Positions 37,525 to 49,590 of a stretch of 64,000 nucleotides of DNA are shown one piece after another. Source of the stretch: Somniosus microcephalus (taxonomy: Eukaryota); NCBI GenBank assembly GCA_052327205.1, contig CM126219.1, forward strand, positions 9,424,001 to 9,488,000. The letters are read 5' to 3'. How positions within the stretch are numbered: the first letter of the stretch is position 1; each line of letters begins with the position of its first letter. The position numbers and the translations under genes were made by a program. The notes under the pieces are model-generated. The model had not been told where the DNA came from. It saw nothing but the letters and a program-made list of their open reading frames with translations, and made no database searches.

Positions 37525-37749
37525 GTCAGGTTCGAGATCCCTGCGCCAGCCAAGGTAAGCACCGGGTAGTGGAGGCTTCTGGACAGGATGAAGAAATAAG
37601 TATCATTGGAGGCTGAGCCAGTCGGACGATCCTTGTGCACCTCCTGGTAGCTGAGCTCTAATGACAAAGCCTGCGAGCAGGTCCGAGCTCTGGCTCAGAG
37701 ACACTGTGTGGAGAGAAGTCTAGTGCATAACTCCATCTTTGTAGCAATA

Positions 37750-40366
37750 AGAACATAAGAAATAGGAGCAGGAGTAGGTCAATCGGCCCCTCGAGCCTAC
37801 TCCGCCATTCAATAAGATCATGGCTGATCTGATCCTAACCTCAAATCTACTTTCACTCTCCATCCCACCTGAACCCATGTGATCTCCCGGGAGAGGCGAA
37901 AAACCAGATAAAAAACCAGATAAAAAACCCAATGTGCCAATTTGGGAGAAAAAATCTGGGAAATTCCTCTCCGACCCATCTAGGCGATCGAAACTCATCC
38001 AGGAGATCACTCTGTCCCTGTATTTCCTACAGTACTTACCTTCTGTAAAAGGTGATCTCCACCCCAGCTAGGAACAGGCCCAATTTACTCTTGAAGGACA
38101 CCTAGCTGGCAGCCTGTTCGATGTCTCCACTAATCCCTGTGAATAGAACCATCTCCTGAAATCTAACACAGAATTAGAACACAAGAAGTAGGAGCAGGAC
38201 CAGGCTACACGGCCCCTGGGCCCGCTCCGCCACCCACAGGGCCATGACCGATCCAAACCTAGCCTCATGTCCGATTTCCTGCCCGCTCCCCGTAACCCCT
38301 AATTCCCCTTACTTCTAGGAAACTGTCTATTTCTGTTTTAAATTTATTTAATGATGTAGCTTCCACAGCTCTCTGGGGCAGCAAATTCCACAGACCTACC
38401 ACCCTCTGAGTGAAGAAGTTTCTCCTCATCTCAGTTTTGAAAGAGCAGCCCCTTATTCTAAGATTATGCCCCCTAGTTCTAGTTTCACCCATCATTGGGA
38501 ACATCTTCCCCGCATCCACCCGATCCAACCCCTTCACAATCTTATATGTTTCAATAAGATCACCTCTCATTCTTCTGAACTCCAATGAGTAGAGTCCCAA
38601 TCTACTCAACCTCTCCTCATATGTCAACCCCCTCATCCCCGGGATTAACCGAGTGAACCTTCTTTGTACTGCCTCGAGAGCAAGTATGTCCTTTCTTAAG
38701 TATGGACACCAAAACTGTATGCAGTATTCCAGGTGCGGTCTCACCAATACCTTGTATAACTGCAGCAATACCTCCCTATTTTTATATTCCATCCCCCGAT
38801 AAATGCAATAAAAGCCAACATTCCATTGGCCTTCTTGCTCACCTGCTGCACCTGCATACTAACCTTTTGTGTTTCGTGCACCAGGACCCCCAGATCCCTT
38901 TGTACTGCAGTACTTTCCAGTTTCTTGCCATTAAGATAATAACTTGCTCTATGATTTTTCCTGCCAAAGTGCATAACCTCACACTTTCCAGTATTATATT
39001 CCATCTGCCAAATCTCTGCCCACTTACTTAGCCTGTCTATGCCCCTTTCCAGGTTTTTTATGTCCTCCTCACTCACTACTTTCCCTCCCATCTTTGTATC
39101 ATCTGCAAACTTTGATATGTTACACTCAGTCCCTTCCTCCAAATCGTTGATATAGATTGTAAAGAGTTGGGGTCCCAGCACGGACCCCTGCGGAACACCA
39201 CTAGTTACTGATTGCCAGTCTGAGAATGAACCATTTATCCCAACTCTCTGCTTTCTGTTAGATAGCCAATCCTCCACCCATGCCAGAATATTACCCCCAA
39301 TCCCGTGATTTTTTATCTTGAGCAATAATCTTTTGTGTGGCACCTTGTCAAATGCCTTTTGGAAGTCTAAATACACTACGTCCACTGGTTCCCCTTTATC
39401 CACCCTGTATGTTACGTCCTCAAAGAACTCAAGCAAATTTGTCAAACATGACTTCCCCTTCGTAAAACCATGCTGACTTTGTCCTATTAAATTATGTTTA
39501 TCCAAATGTCCCGTTACTGTCTCCTTAATAATCGACTCTAAAATTTTACCAGCCACAGATGTTAGGCTAACTGGTCTGTAGTTTCCAGCCTTCTGTCTAT
39601 TACCCTTTTTAAATAAGGGTGTTACATTAGCAGTTTTCCAATCTGCCGGGACCTTTGCTGAGTCCAGGGAGTTTTGGAAAATTATTACCAATGCATCCAC
39701 AATCCCTACCGCCACTTCCCTCAAGACCCTAGGATGTAAGCCATCAGGTCCAGGGGATTTATCCGCCTTAAGTCCCATTATTTTACCGAGTACCACTTCC
39801 TTAGTGATTTTAATCGTATTTAGCTCCTCCCCCCCTAGAGCCCCCTGTTTGCCCAGTGTTGGGATATTCTTAGTGTCCTCTACTGTAAAGACTGATACAA
39901 AATATTTGTTCTGCGTTTTTGCCATCTCCATGTTTCCCACCATTAATTTCCCGGTCTCATCCTCTAAGGGACCAACATTTACTTTAGCCACCCTTTTTCT
40001 TTTTATATAACTATAGAAACTCTTGCTATCTGTTTTTATATTTTTTGCTAATTTACTTTCATAATCTATCTTCCCTTTCTTAATCAATCTTTTAGTTATT
40101 TTTTGCTGTCTTTTAAAGACTTCCCAATCTTCTATCCTCCCACTAGATTTGGCTACCTTATATGCCCTTGTTTTTAGTCGGATACTATCCTTTATTACTT
40201 TACTTAGCCACGGATGGCTGTCTTTTCTTTTACACCCTTTTTTCCTCAGTGGAATATATATTTTTTGAAAGTTGTAAAATAACTCCTTGAATGTACACCA
40301 CTGATCATGTACTGTCTTACCCTTTAATCTATTTTCCCAGTCCACTCTAATCAATTCCGCTCTCAT
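37750..40366 (-). mobile_element. CR1/HER1 LINE, 5'-truncated, with extended double 3' tail
   Basis: RT motifs (KSPGPDG, DFQKAFDKV, GVPQGSVLGP, FADD), a frameshift near 38795, and a TTCTTATG-type tail. Confidence 0.93.
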
Positions 40367-40802
40367 ACATAAAAAGACTTGCATTTCTATAGCGGCTTGC
40401 ATGACCACCGGAAGTCTCAAAGCGCTTTACAGCCAATGAAGTACTTTTTGAAATGTAGTCACTGTTGTAATGTGGGAAACGCAGCAGCCAATTTGCGCAC
40501 AGCAAGCTCCCACAAGCAGCAACATGATAATGACCAGATAATCTGTTTTAGTGATGCTGATTGAGGGATAAATATAAGCCCCAGGACACCGGGGAGAACG
40601 CCCCTGCTCTTCTTCAAAATAGTGCCATGGGATCTTTTATATGCACCTGAGAGAGCAGATGGGGCCTCGGTTTAATGTCTCATCCGAAAGACGGCACCTC
40701 CAACAGTGCAGCACACCCTCATCACTGCACTGGAGTGTCAGCCTAGCTTTTGTGCTCAAGTCTCTGGAGTGGGACTTGAACCCACAGCCTTCTGACTCAG
40801 AG

Positions 40803-41447
40803 TGTGGAGATGCCGGAGTTGGACTGGGGTGGACAAATGTAAGAAGTCACACAACACCAGGTTATAGTCCAACAGCTTTATTTGAAATCACAAGCTTTCG
40901 GAGCGCTGCTCCTTCTTCAGGTGAAGTGGAGAAATGCATAAAGACACAGCTTATATAGTCAGAGAATCATGTCAGATGTTTACAGGTAACCTTTCCAACT
41001 GCCATTTATCACACCTCGGCAGAGAGATAATCACAGCAGTCAAAGGTGTGAATGGTGTCCAAACAGGTCAGTCAGGGAAACATTACATCAAAGAACAATG
41101 AGGTGGGGTCACAAGGGGTCAAATATTGCAGATGCTGGGGTCTGTACGAAAAACAAAAAAACAGACAAAAAACATTATTTTTTTTGGCTGGAAATCACAG
41201 CAGGTCCGGCCGCATCTGTGTAGAGAGAACAAGCCAATGTCGACTCGAGTCTGGATGACCCTGCATCAGGTGGGGTTACATGGCAGTTGGAAAGGTTACC
41301 TGTAAACATCTGACATGATTCTCTGACTATATAAGCTGTGTCTTTATGCATTTCTCCACTTCACCTGAAGAAGGAGCAGCGCTCCGAAAGCTTGTGATTT
41401 CAAATAAAGCTGTTGGACTATAACCTGGTGTTGTGTGACTTCTTACA
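40803..41447. mobile_element. Penelope-derived element with inverted pLTRs
   Basis: Perfect inverted repeat of about 168 bp (40838-41005 / 41280-41447), with a 14-bp TSD CTTCTGACTCAGAG (40789-40802, 41448-41461). Confidence 0.8.
41361..41397 (+). ncRNA. Minimal type-I hammerhead ribozyme motif (mirror copy on the minus strand at about 40888-40924)
   Basis: UCAC-CUGAAGA-A-GGAGC(AGC)GCUCC-GAAA-GCUU-GUGA. Confidence 0.65.
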
Positions 41448-42084
41448 CTTCTGACTCAGAGGCGAGGGTGCTGCCCACTGAGCCACAGCTGACAGACAAT
41501 ACATTGCACGGGTCCGCGACCTTGTTCTGTTACTGCAAATAAAATCATTACACGTCATTAGCACTCTCCTTTCTGAATTCAGAGTGTGAAGGCTATGTTA
41601 GGAGGCACAGTAAGTTGTGTGGATGGGAGCAGGAAGTTACCAACGGACACAGACAGATTAAGTGAGTGGGCAACGCTTTAGCAGATAAGAGTTCAATGTG
41701 GGGAAAGTGTGAGGACGTGCACTTTGGATTCAAGAATGACAAATCAGAATATTTTTAAAATGGCGAGAGACTAGGAACTGTGGAGGAGGAAAGAGATTTG
41801 GGTGTCCAAGTACACAAATCACTAAAAGCTAGTGCACAGGTGTAAAAACCGAGGCACCGCCTGCCCTCTCAGGTGGACGTAAACGATCACATGGCACTAT
41901 TTCGAACAGGAGCAAGGGTGTTCTCCCTGGTGTCTTGGCCAATGCTTTCCCCACAACTAACATCATAAACAGATTATCTGGTCGTTAGCACATTACTTGT
42001 TTATGGGACCTTGTTGTGCGCAAATTGACTGCCGCGCCAATTGATTGCAAAGCACTTTGGAACTTCCTGAAATCGGGAAAGGTA

Positions 42085-42482
42085 TGGCAACACTTCGATT
42101 TTAAAATTCTCATCCTTGTTCTCAAATCCCTCCACAGCCTCCTCGCCCCTCCCTATCTCTGTAACCTCCTCCAGCCCCACAACCCCCCCGAGATCTCTGC
42201 GCTCCTCCAATTCTGGCCTCTTGTCCATCCCCAATTTTGGCAGCCGTGCCTTCAGCTGCCTGGGCCCTAAGCTCTGGAATTCCCTCACGAAACCTCTCCG
42301 CCTCTCTCTCCTCCTTTAAGACGCTCCTTAAAACCAACCTCTTTGACCAAGCTTTTGGTCACCTGTCCTAATATCTCCTTATGTGGCTCGGTGTCAGATT
42401 TTGTCTGATAATCGCTCCTGTGAAGCACCTTGGGACGTTTTACTACGTTAAAGGGCGCTGTATAAATACAAGTTGTTGTTGT
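42085..42482 (+). mobile_element. L2-clade LINE 3' end
   Basis: Same family; ends in ACAAGTTGTTGTTGT. Confidence 0.85.
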
Positions 42483-44039
42483 AAATACAAGTTCTTTCTT
42501 TCTATGCTGTTTATCTATTGAGTTACAGTATTTATCACCAGCTAAACAGCAAGTCCAGGAACAGTGAAATTAGCAGAAACAGTTAACATAGTTATTTAGC
42601 TTTAATTTGTCTTTTTATTTAGAAAAAGATTTTCCATCTTCAAAGTTTTTAAGTATGATTTCTCACAAGGTAGGTTCAGACAAAGGTTTGCAATTGTTGG
42701 AACTTTTTGAGCATTTTTCCACGGAAAAGATTTGGAATAAAAAGTTACATTGAAGGATTGTGTTTTAAAAACAAAGTGTATTCGCACAAATTTTAAAAAG
42801 GCACTGAGACAATAAATGGTTAAAACACTAAGAACTCGGCTTTGCTGTTGCTTTCCGAAAGACTCTAAATGATAAGCCATTCATTAGTCTGTCTCCCAAT
42901 CGATAAACATCTCACACCCATTGTGTTGGGAAGTCTCTGATCCCAAGCGCTTGATACCCTCTGGCTGTAAACACAGGGTGGATTAAAAGAGAGACACAGG
43001 CAGTCAGTCAGGTTTTAAAAGAAAGCTTTGACCAGGTTCAGTGAGAGAATGCACGAGGTAGGTTAGGAATTATTTTAAATAAGGCAAGACAGCCCTCTGA
43101 TGTTGGAAGCATAATGTGTTCATTATGTGAGGACAAGTTGTAGCGATTGAATTTAGTGAGTCCAATCATAACTCTTGCTCTGTAAGCAGCTATACAATTC
43201 ATATCTGGTCTTGTCTCACCGATGTTTCCTTGAATCAGCTTTGAGATCGGAGAGGCTCATGGGGAAACATGGGCGAAAGACACAAATATCTGGTTCAGGT
43301 CACAAGGGGGTAATATTTTTACATCCTGGACCATCGTTTAGTTAGATATTAGGTAATATGGGCATACCCCTAAATATAAGACGCTGAGACCACTTACAGG
43401 AGTGACTAGTACCACTGTACCCGAGAGAATATCCAAGGCAAGACTTAAACTTGTAATAAACAACCCTTGGCTCATTTGATCTCATCGTTCTAGAATACTA
43501 ACCTACCACCTTCCGATTATAGCTTCGATATTCCTTGGAACAGGCAAACAGGTCTCAGTTTTAATATCTCATAGAACAATGCAGCTCTCCCCCGGTACTG
43601 CGCTGAAGTGCCAGCCTAGATTATGTGCTTATGTCCTGGAATCCACAACTCGGAGACGAGAGAGCTACCACCAACTCAGGTTGGCACACCAAAACCTGAG
43701 CTTTCTTACACTGAGCTCAGGGAAGTCAGGAATGCCGATAAGTGAGAGGGAAATGTATTAAGCATCAGTCACTGGAGAAAGTACAGGAGTGAGATTTATA
43801 ATCAAAAGACCAACTGGTGCTGTGTTTAAATTAGGTGACGTTTTTAAACCATGGGTCAGCCTTACCTGGCTTGATTCTATGTGTAATGGCGAGTGGCACT
43901 CTGTAACTTAAAAGACTGGGAAAGTACAAAAAAAAGCTGTATTTATATTTGAATGACAGAATAACGTGACCAAACAAAAAATAAAAACAGAAAATGCTGG
44001 AAATACACCGGGTATGATGTATGTGTGTGCCCTTCATCA

Positions 44040-46230
44040 GGTCTGGGAGGGTGTGGGCACGGTGCAAGGTCTGGAAGGGTGTGGGTACAGTGCAAGGTCT
44101 GGGAGGGTGAGGGTGTGGGCACAGTACAAGGTCTGGGAGGGTGAAGGTGTGGGCACAGTGCAAGGTCTGGGAGGGTGAGGGTGTGGGCACAGTGCAAGGT
44201 CTGGGAGGGGAGGGTGTGGGCACAGTGCAAGGTCTGGGAGGGTGTGGGCACAGTGCAAGGTCTAGGAGGCTGAGGGTGTGGGCACAGTGCAAGGTCTGGG
44301 AGGGTGAGGGTGTGGGCACAGTGCAAGGTCTGGGAGGGTGTGGGTGTGGGCACAGTGCAAGATCTGGGAAGGTGTGGGCACAGTGCAAGGTCCGGGAGGG
44401 GGAAGGTGTGGGCACAGTGCAAGGTCTGGGAGGGTGTGGGCACAGTGCAAGGTCCTGGAGGGGGAAGGTGTGGGCAGAGTGCAAGGTCTAGGTGGGTGAG
44501 GGTGTGGGCACAGTGCAAGGTCTGGGAGGGTGAGGGTGTGGGCACAGTGCAAGGTCTGGGAGGGGAGGGTGTGGGCACAGTGCAAGGTCTGGGAGGGTGA
44601 GGGTGTGGGCACAGTGCAAGGTCTGGAAGGGTGAGGGTGTGGGCACAGTGCAAGGTCTGGGAGGGGGAAGGTGTGGGCACAGTGCAAGGTCTGGGAGGGT
44701 GAGGGTGTGGGCAGAGTGCAAGTCCTGGGAGGGTGAGGGTGTGGGCAGAGTGCAAGTCATGGGAGGGTGAGGGTGTGGGTACAGTGCAAGGTCTGGGGGG
44801 GGGTGAGGGTGTGGGCACAGTGCAAGGTCTGGGAGGGTGTGCGCACAGTGCAAGGTCTGGGAGGGTGTGGGCACAGTGCAAGGTCTGGGAGGGTGAGGGC
44901 ACAGTGCAAGGTCTGGGAGGGTGTGGGCACAGTGCACGGTCTGGGAGGGTGAGGGCACGGTGCAAGGTCTGGGAGGGTGAGGGCATGGTGCAAGGACTGG
45001 GAGGGTGAGGGCACGGTGCACGGTCTGGGAGGATGAGGGCACGGTGCACGGTCTGGGAGGGTGAGGGCACGGTGCAAGGTCTGGGAGGGTGAGGGCACAG
45101 TGCAAGGTCTGGGAGGGTGAGGGCATGGTGCAAATTCTGGAAGGGTGTGGGCACAGTGCAAGTTCTGGGAAGGTGAGGGCACAGTGCAAGGTCCGGGAGG
45201 GAGAAGGTGTGGGCAGAGTGCAAGGCCTGGGAGGGTGAAGGTGTGGGCACAGTGCAAGGTCTGGGAGGGTGTGCGCACAGTGCAAGGTCTGGGAGGGTGA
45301 GGGCACAGTGCAAGGTCTGGAAGGGTGTGGGCAGAGTGCAAGGTCTGGGAGGGTGAGGGCACAGTGCAAGGTCTGGGAGGGTGTGCGCACAGTGCAAGGT
45401 CTGGGAGGGTGTGCGCACAGTGCAAGGTCTGGGAGGGTGTGGGCACAGTGCAAGGTCTGGGAGGGTGTGGGCACAGTGCAAGGTCTGGGAGGGTGTGGGC
45501 ACAGTGCACGGTCTGGGAGGGTGAGGGCACGGTGCAAGGACTGGGTGAGGGCGCGGTGCACGGTCTGGGAGGGTGAGGGCACGGTGCACGGTTTGGGAGG
45601 GTGAGGGCATGGTGCAAGGTCTTAGAGGGTGAGGGCACGGTGCAAGGTCTTAGAGGGTGAGGGCACGGTGCAAGGTCTGGGAGGGTGAGGGCATGGTGCA
45701 AGGACTGGGAGGGTGAGGGCACAGTGCAAGGTCTGGGAGGGTGAGGGCACAGTGCAAGGTCTGGAAGGGTGTGGGCACAGTGCAAGTTCTGGGAAGGTGG
45801 GGGAACAGTGCAAGGTCCGGGAGGGAGAAGGTGTGGGCAGAGTGCAAGGCCTGGGAGGGTGAGGGTGTGGGCACAGTGCAAGGTCTGGGAGGGTGTGGGC
45901 ACAATGCAAGGTCTGGGAGGGTGAGGGTGTGGGCAGAGTGCAAGGTCTGGGAGGGTGAGGGTGTGGGCACAGTGCAAGGTCTGGGAGGGTGAGGGTGTGG
46001 GCACAGTGCAAGGTCTGGGAGGGTGTGGGCACAGTGCAAGGTCTGGGAGGGTGAGGGTGTGGGCACAGTGCAAGGTCTGGGGGGGTGTGGGCAGAGTGCA
46101 AGGTCTGGGAGGGTGAGGGTGTGGGCAGAGTGCAAGGTCTGTGAGGGTGTGGGCAGAGTGCAAGGTCTGTGAGGGTGTGGGCAGAGTGCAAGGTCTGGGA
46201 GGGTGAGGGTGTGGGCACAGTGCAAGTCTG
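44040..46230 (+). repeat. G-rich minisatellite (28/34-bp units) directly upstream of ST7L
   Basis: Unit GGTCTGGGAGGGTGAGGGTGTGGGCACAGTGCAA plus 28-bp variants lacking one GGG tract. Confidence 0.95.
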
Positions 46231-46239
46231 CACAGGGTG

Positions 46240-46740
46240 ATGCCTCCATCCATCCACCCAGTATGAAGGTTTCCCTCTGCCTGGCGGAGGACTCCTCCTG
46301 CATCCCACAATCCCTCAGGCTGGTCAGACAAACATGGCGGACGGGGGCTCGGTGGGATTCGTTGAGCGGCTGAAACGGGGCGTCAGTTGGTCGTGGACCT
46401 ACCTGTGGGCGCTCTGGTTCGTGCTGGTGCTCGGCCTCCTCTACATCCTGCGGGCGCCGCTCAAGCTGCACGACAACCTGGGCGCAGGTAAGCGGCGAGC
46501 CGGCGAGACAGCCCCCGGAGCCCGGCCTCTCCGCCCCCCTCAGCTGGCCCCAGTCCCGGCCCCGGTACCGGCCTCCCTGCCCCGCACCGAGCCGCCGCCG
46601 CCCCTCTCACACGGCCACAGCCGCCCTCGGATGGTCCCCCGCCCCCTTGTCGGGGCCGCTGTCCGGCCCGGGTGACGGGAGCGGGCGGGACTCGCACCCG
46701 CGGGGCCGCCATCTTCCCCAGTGACGTCGGCACCCTGGAC
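46240..46740. promoter_or_regulatory. CpG island / promoter-proximal region of ST7L
   Basis: CpG-rich exon 1 and start of intron 1. YY1-like AACATGGCGG at the ATG and GCCGCCATCTT at 46705-46715; CRE-like TGACGTCG at 46722-46729. Confidence 0.7.
46334..46487 (+). CDS. ST7L: Suppressor of tumorigenicity 7-like protein, coding exon 1
   Basis: Encodes [51 protein letters not shown], matching the ST7-family N-terminus (WSWTYLW..WF...YILR.PLK..DNL). It ends in a phase-1 donor GCAG|GTAAGC, has Kozak context AACATGG and lies in a CpG island. Exon 2 was not seen before 64000. ST7L rather than ST7 is inferred from orientation relative to CAPZA. Confidence 0.85.
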
Positions 46741-49590
46741 ACTGGCACCGGGATAGAGGGTCACTGGCACCGGGATAGAGGGACACTGGCACCGGGATAG
46801 AGGGTCACTGGCACCGGGATAGAGGGACACTGGCACTGGGATATAGACACTGGATTATAGAGATAGGCACTGTCACTGGGATATAGAGATAGGCACTGGA
46901 TTATAGGCACTGTCACTGGAATAAATAGCTAGGTGCTGGAATATAGGCACTGGCTCTATTATAGAGCTAGGCGCTGGGATATAGAGATAGGCACTGGATT
47001 ATAGACAGGCATTGGAGAATATAGAGAGACGCACTGTAATATAGATAGGCACTAGAATATAGCCACTGGCACACCCAGTCACTGGAATATAGTCAGGCAC
47101 TGGCACACACACAGTCACTGCCATATAGCATTGGCACAAATGGTTACTGGAATATAGCACTGGCACACGGTCACTGGAATATAGTCAGGCACTGGCACAC
47201 AGTCGCTGGAATATCGTCGGGCACTGGCACACAATCACTGGAATATAGTCAGGCACTGGCACATGGTCACTGGAATATAGTCGGGCACTGGCACACGGTC
47301 ACTGGAATATAGTCAGGCACTGGCACACAGTCACTGGAATATAGTCAGGCACTGGCACACGGTCACTGGAATATAGTCAGGCACTGGCACACGGTCACTG
47401 GAATATAGTCAGGCACTGGCACACTCACTGGAATATCGTCGGGCACTGGCACACAATCACTGGAATATCGTCGGGCACTGGCACACAATCACTGGAATAT
47501 AGTCAGGCACTGGCACACGGTCACTGGAATATAGTCGGGCACTGGCACACGGTCACTGGAATATAGTCAGGCACTGGCACACGGTCACTGGAATATAGTC
47601 AGGCACTGGCACACAGTCACTGGAATATAGTCAGGCACTGGCGCACGGCCACTGGAATATAGTCAGGCACTGGCACACGGTCACTGGAATATAGTCGGGC
47701 ACTGGCGCACGGTCACTGGAATATAGTCAGGCACTGGCACACGGTCACTGGAATATAGTCGGGCACTGGCGCACGGGCACTGGAATATAGTCAGGCACTG
47801 GCACACAGTCACTGGAATATAGTCGGGCACTGGCACACGGTCACTGGAATATAGTCAGGCACTGGCGCACAATCACTGGAATATAGTCAGGCACTGGCAC
47901 ACGGTCACTGGAATATAGTCGGGCACTGGCACACGGTCACTGGAATATAGTCAGGCACTGGCACACGGTCACTGGAATATAGTCGGGCACTGGCACACGG
48001 TCACTGGAATATAGTCGGGCACTGGCAAACACAGTCACTGGAATATAGTCAGGCACTGGCACACGGTCACTGGAATATAGTCAGGCACTGGCACACGGTC
48101 ACGAATATAGTCAGGCACTGGCTCACGGTCACTGGAATATAGTCGGGCACTGGCACACGGTCACTGGAATACAGTCCGGCACTGGCGCACGGTCACTGGA
48201 ATATAGTCAGACACTGGCACACGGTCACTAGAATATAGTCGGGCACTGGCACACGGTCACTGGAATATAGTTGGGCACTGGCGCACGGTCACTGGAATAT
48301 AGTCGGGCACTGGCACACGGTCACTGGAATATAGTCGGGCACTGGTGCACGGTCACTGGAATATAGTCAGGCACTGGCACACGGTCACTGGAATATAGTC
48401 GGGCACTGGCGCACGGTCACTGGAATATAGTCGGGCACTGGCGCACGGTCACTGGAATATAGTTGGGCACTGGCACACGGTCACTGGAATATAGTCAGGT
48501 ACTGGCACACGGTCACTGGAATATAGTCGGGCACTGGCCCACACGGCCACTGGAATATAGTCGGGCACTGGCACACAGTCACTGGAATATAGTCAGGCAC
48601 TGCCACACAGTCACTGGAATATCGTCGGGCACTGGCACACGGTCACTGGAATATAGTCGGGCACTGGCGCACGGTCACATGGAATATAGTCGCGCACTGG
48701 CACACGGTCACTGGAATATAGTCGGGCACTGGCACACGGTCACTGGAATATAGTCGGGCACTGGCGCACGGTCACTGGAATATATTCGGGCACTGGCGCA
48801 CGGTCACTGGAATATAGTCGGGCACTGGCGCACGGTCACTGGAATATCGTCAGGCACTGGCGCACGGTCACTGGAATATAGTCAGACACTGGCACACGGT
48901 CACTGGAATATAGTCGGGCACTGGCACACGGTCACTGGAATATAGTCGGGCACTGGCACACGGTCACTGGAATATAGTCAGGCACTGGCACACGGTCACT
49001 GGAATATAGTCAGGCACTGGCGCACGGTCTCTGGAATATAGTCAGGCACTGGCACACGGTCACTGGAATATAGTCGGTCACTGGAATATAGTCGGGCACT
49101 GGCGCACGGTCACTGGAATATAGTTGGGCACTGGCGCACGGTCACTGGAATATAGTCGGGCACTGGCGCACAGTCACTGGAATATTGTCAGGCACTGGCA
49201 CACGGTCACTGGAATATAGTCGGGCACTGGCACACGGTCACTGGAATATAGTCGGGCACTGGCACACGGTCACTGGAATATAGTCGGGCACTGGCGCACG
49301 GTCACTGGAATATAGTCGGGCACTGGCACACGGTCACTGGAATATAGTGAGGCACTGGCACACGGTCACTGGAATATAGTCAGACACTGGCGCACGGTCA
49401 CTGGAATATAGTCAGGCACTGGCACACAGTCACTGGAATATAGTTGGGCACTGGCACACGGTCACTGGAATATAGTCGGGCACTGGCACACGGTCACTGG
49501 AATATAGTCGGGCACTGGCACACGGTCAATGGAATATAGTCGGGCACTGGCACACGGTCACTGGAATATAGTCAGGCACTGGCACACATA
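46740..49590. repeat. Minisatellite in ST7L intron 1 (22-bp units grading into 32-bp units)
   Basis: About 4 copies of CACTGGCACCGGGATAGAGGG(T/A), then a degenerate zone, then GGCACTGGCACACGGTCACTGGAATATAGTCR. Confidence 0.95.

Larger units (their letters stand above)
40371..41492 (-). mobile_element. SacSINE1-like DeuSINE hosting the Penelope insertion
   Basis: SINE halves at 40371-40802 and 41448-41492. Confidence 0.85.

Noticed and set aside
43831-46471. Pro/Cys/His-rich ORFs of 200-555 aa
   Set aside because: Open in several frames of the G-rich minisatellite, with no protein-like complexity.
46488-46675. C-terminal extension of the 113-aa ST7L ORF
   Set aside because: Read-through past the GTAAGC donor into a GC-rich intron.
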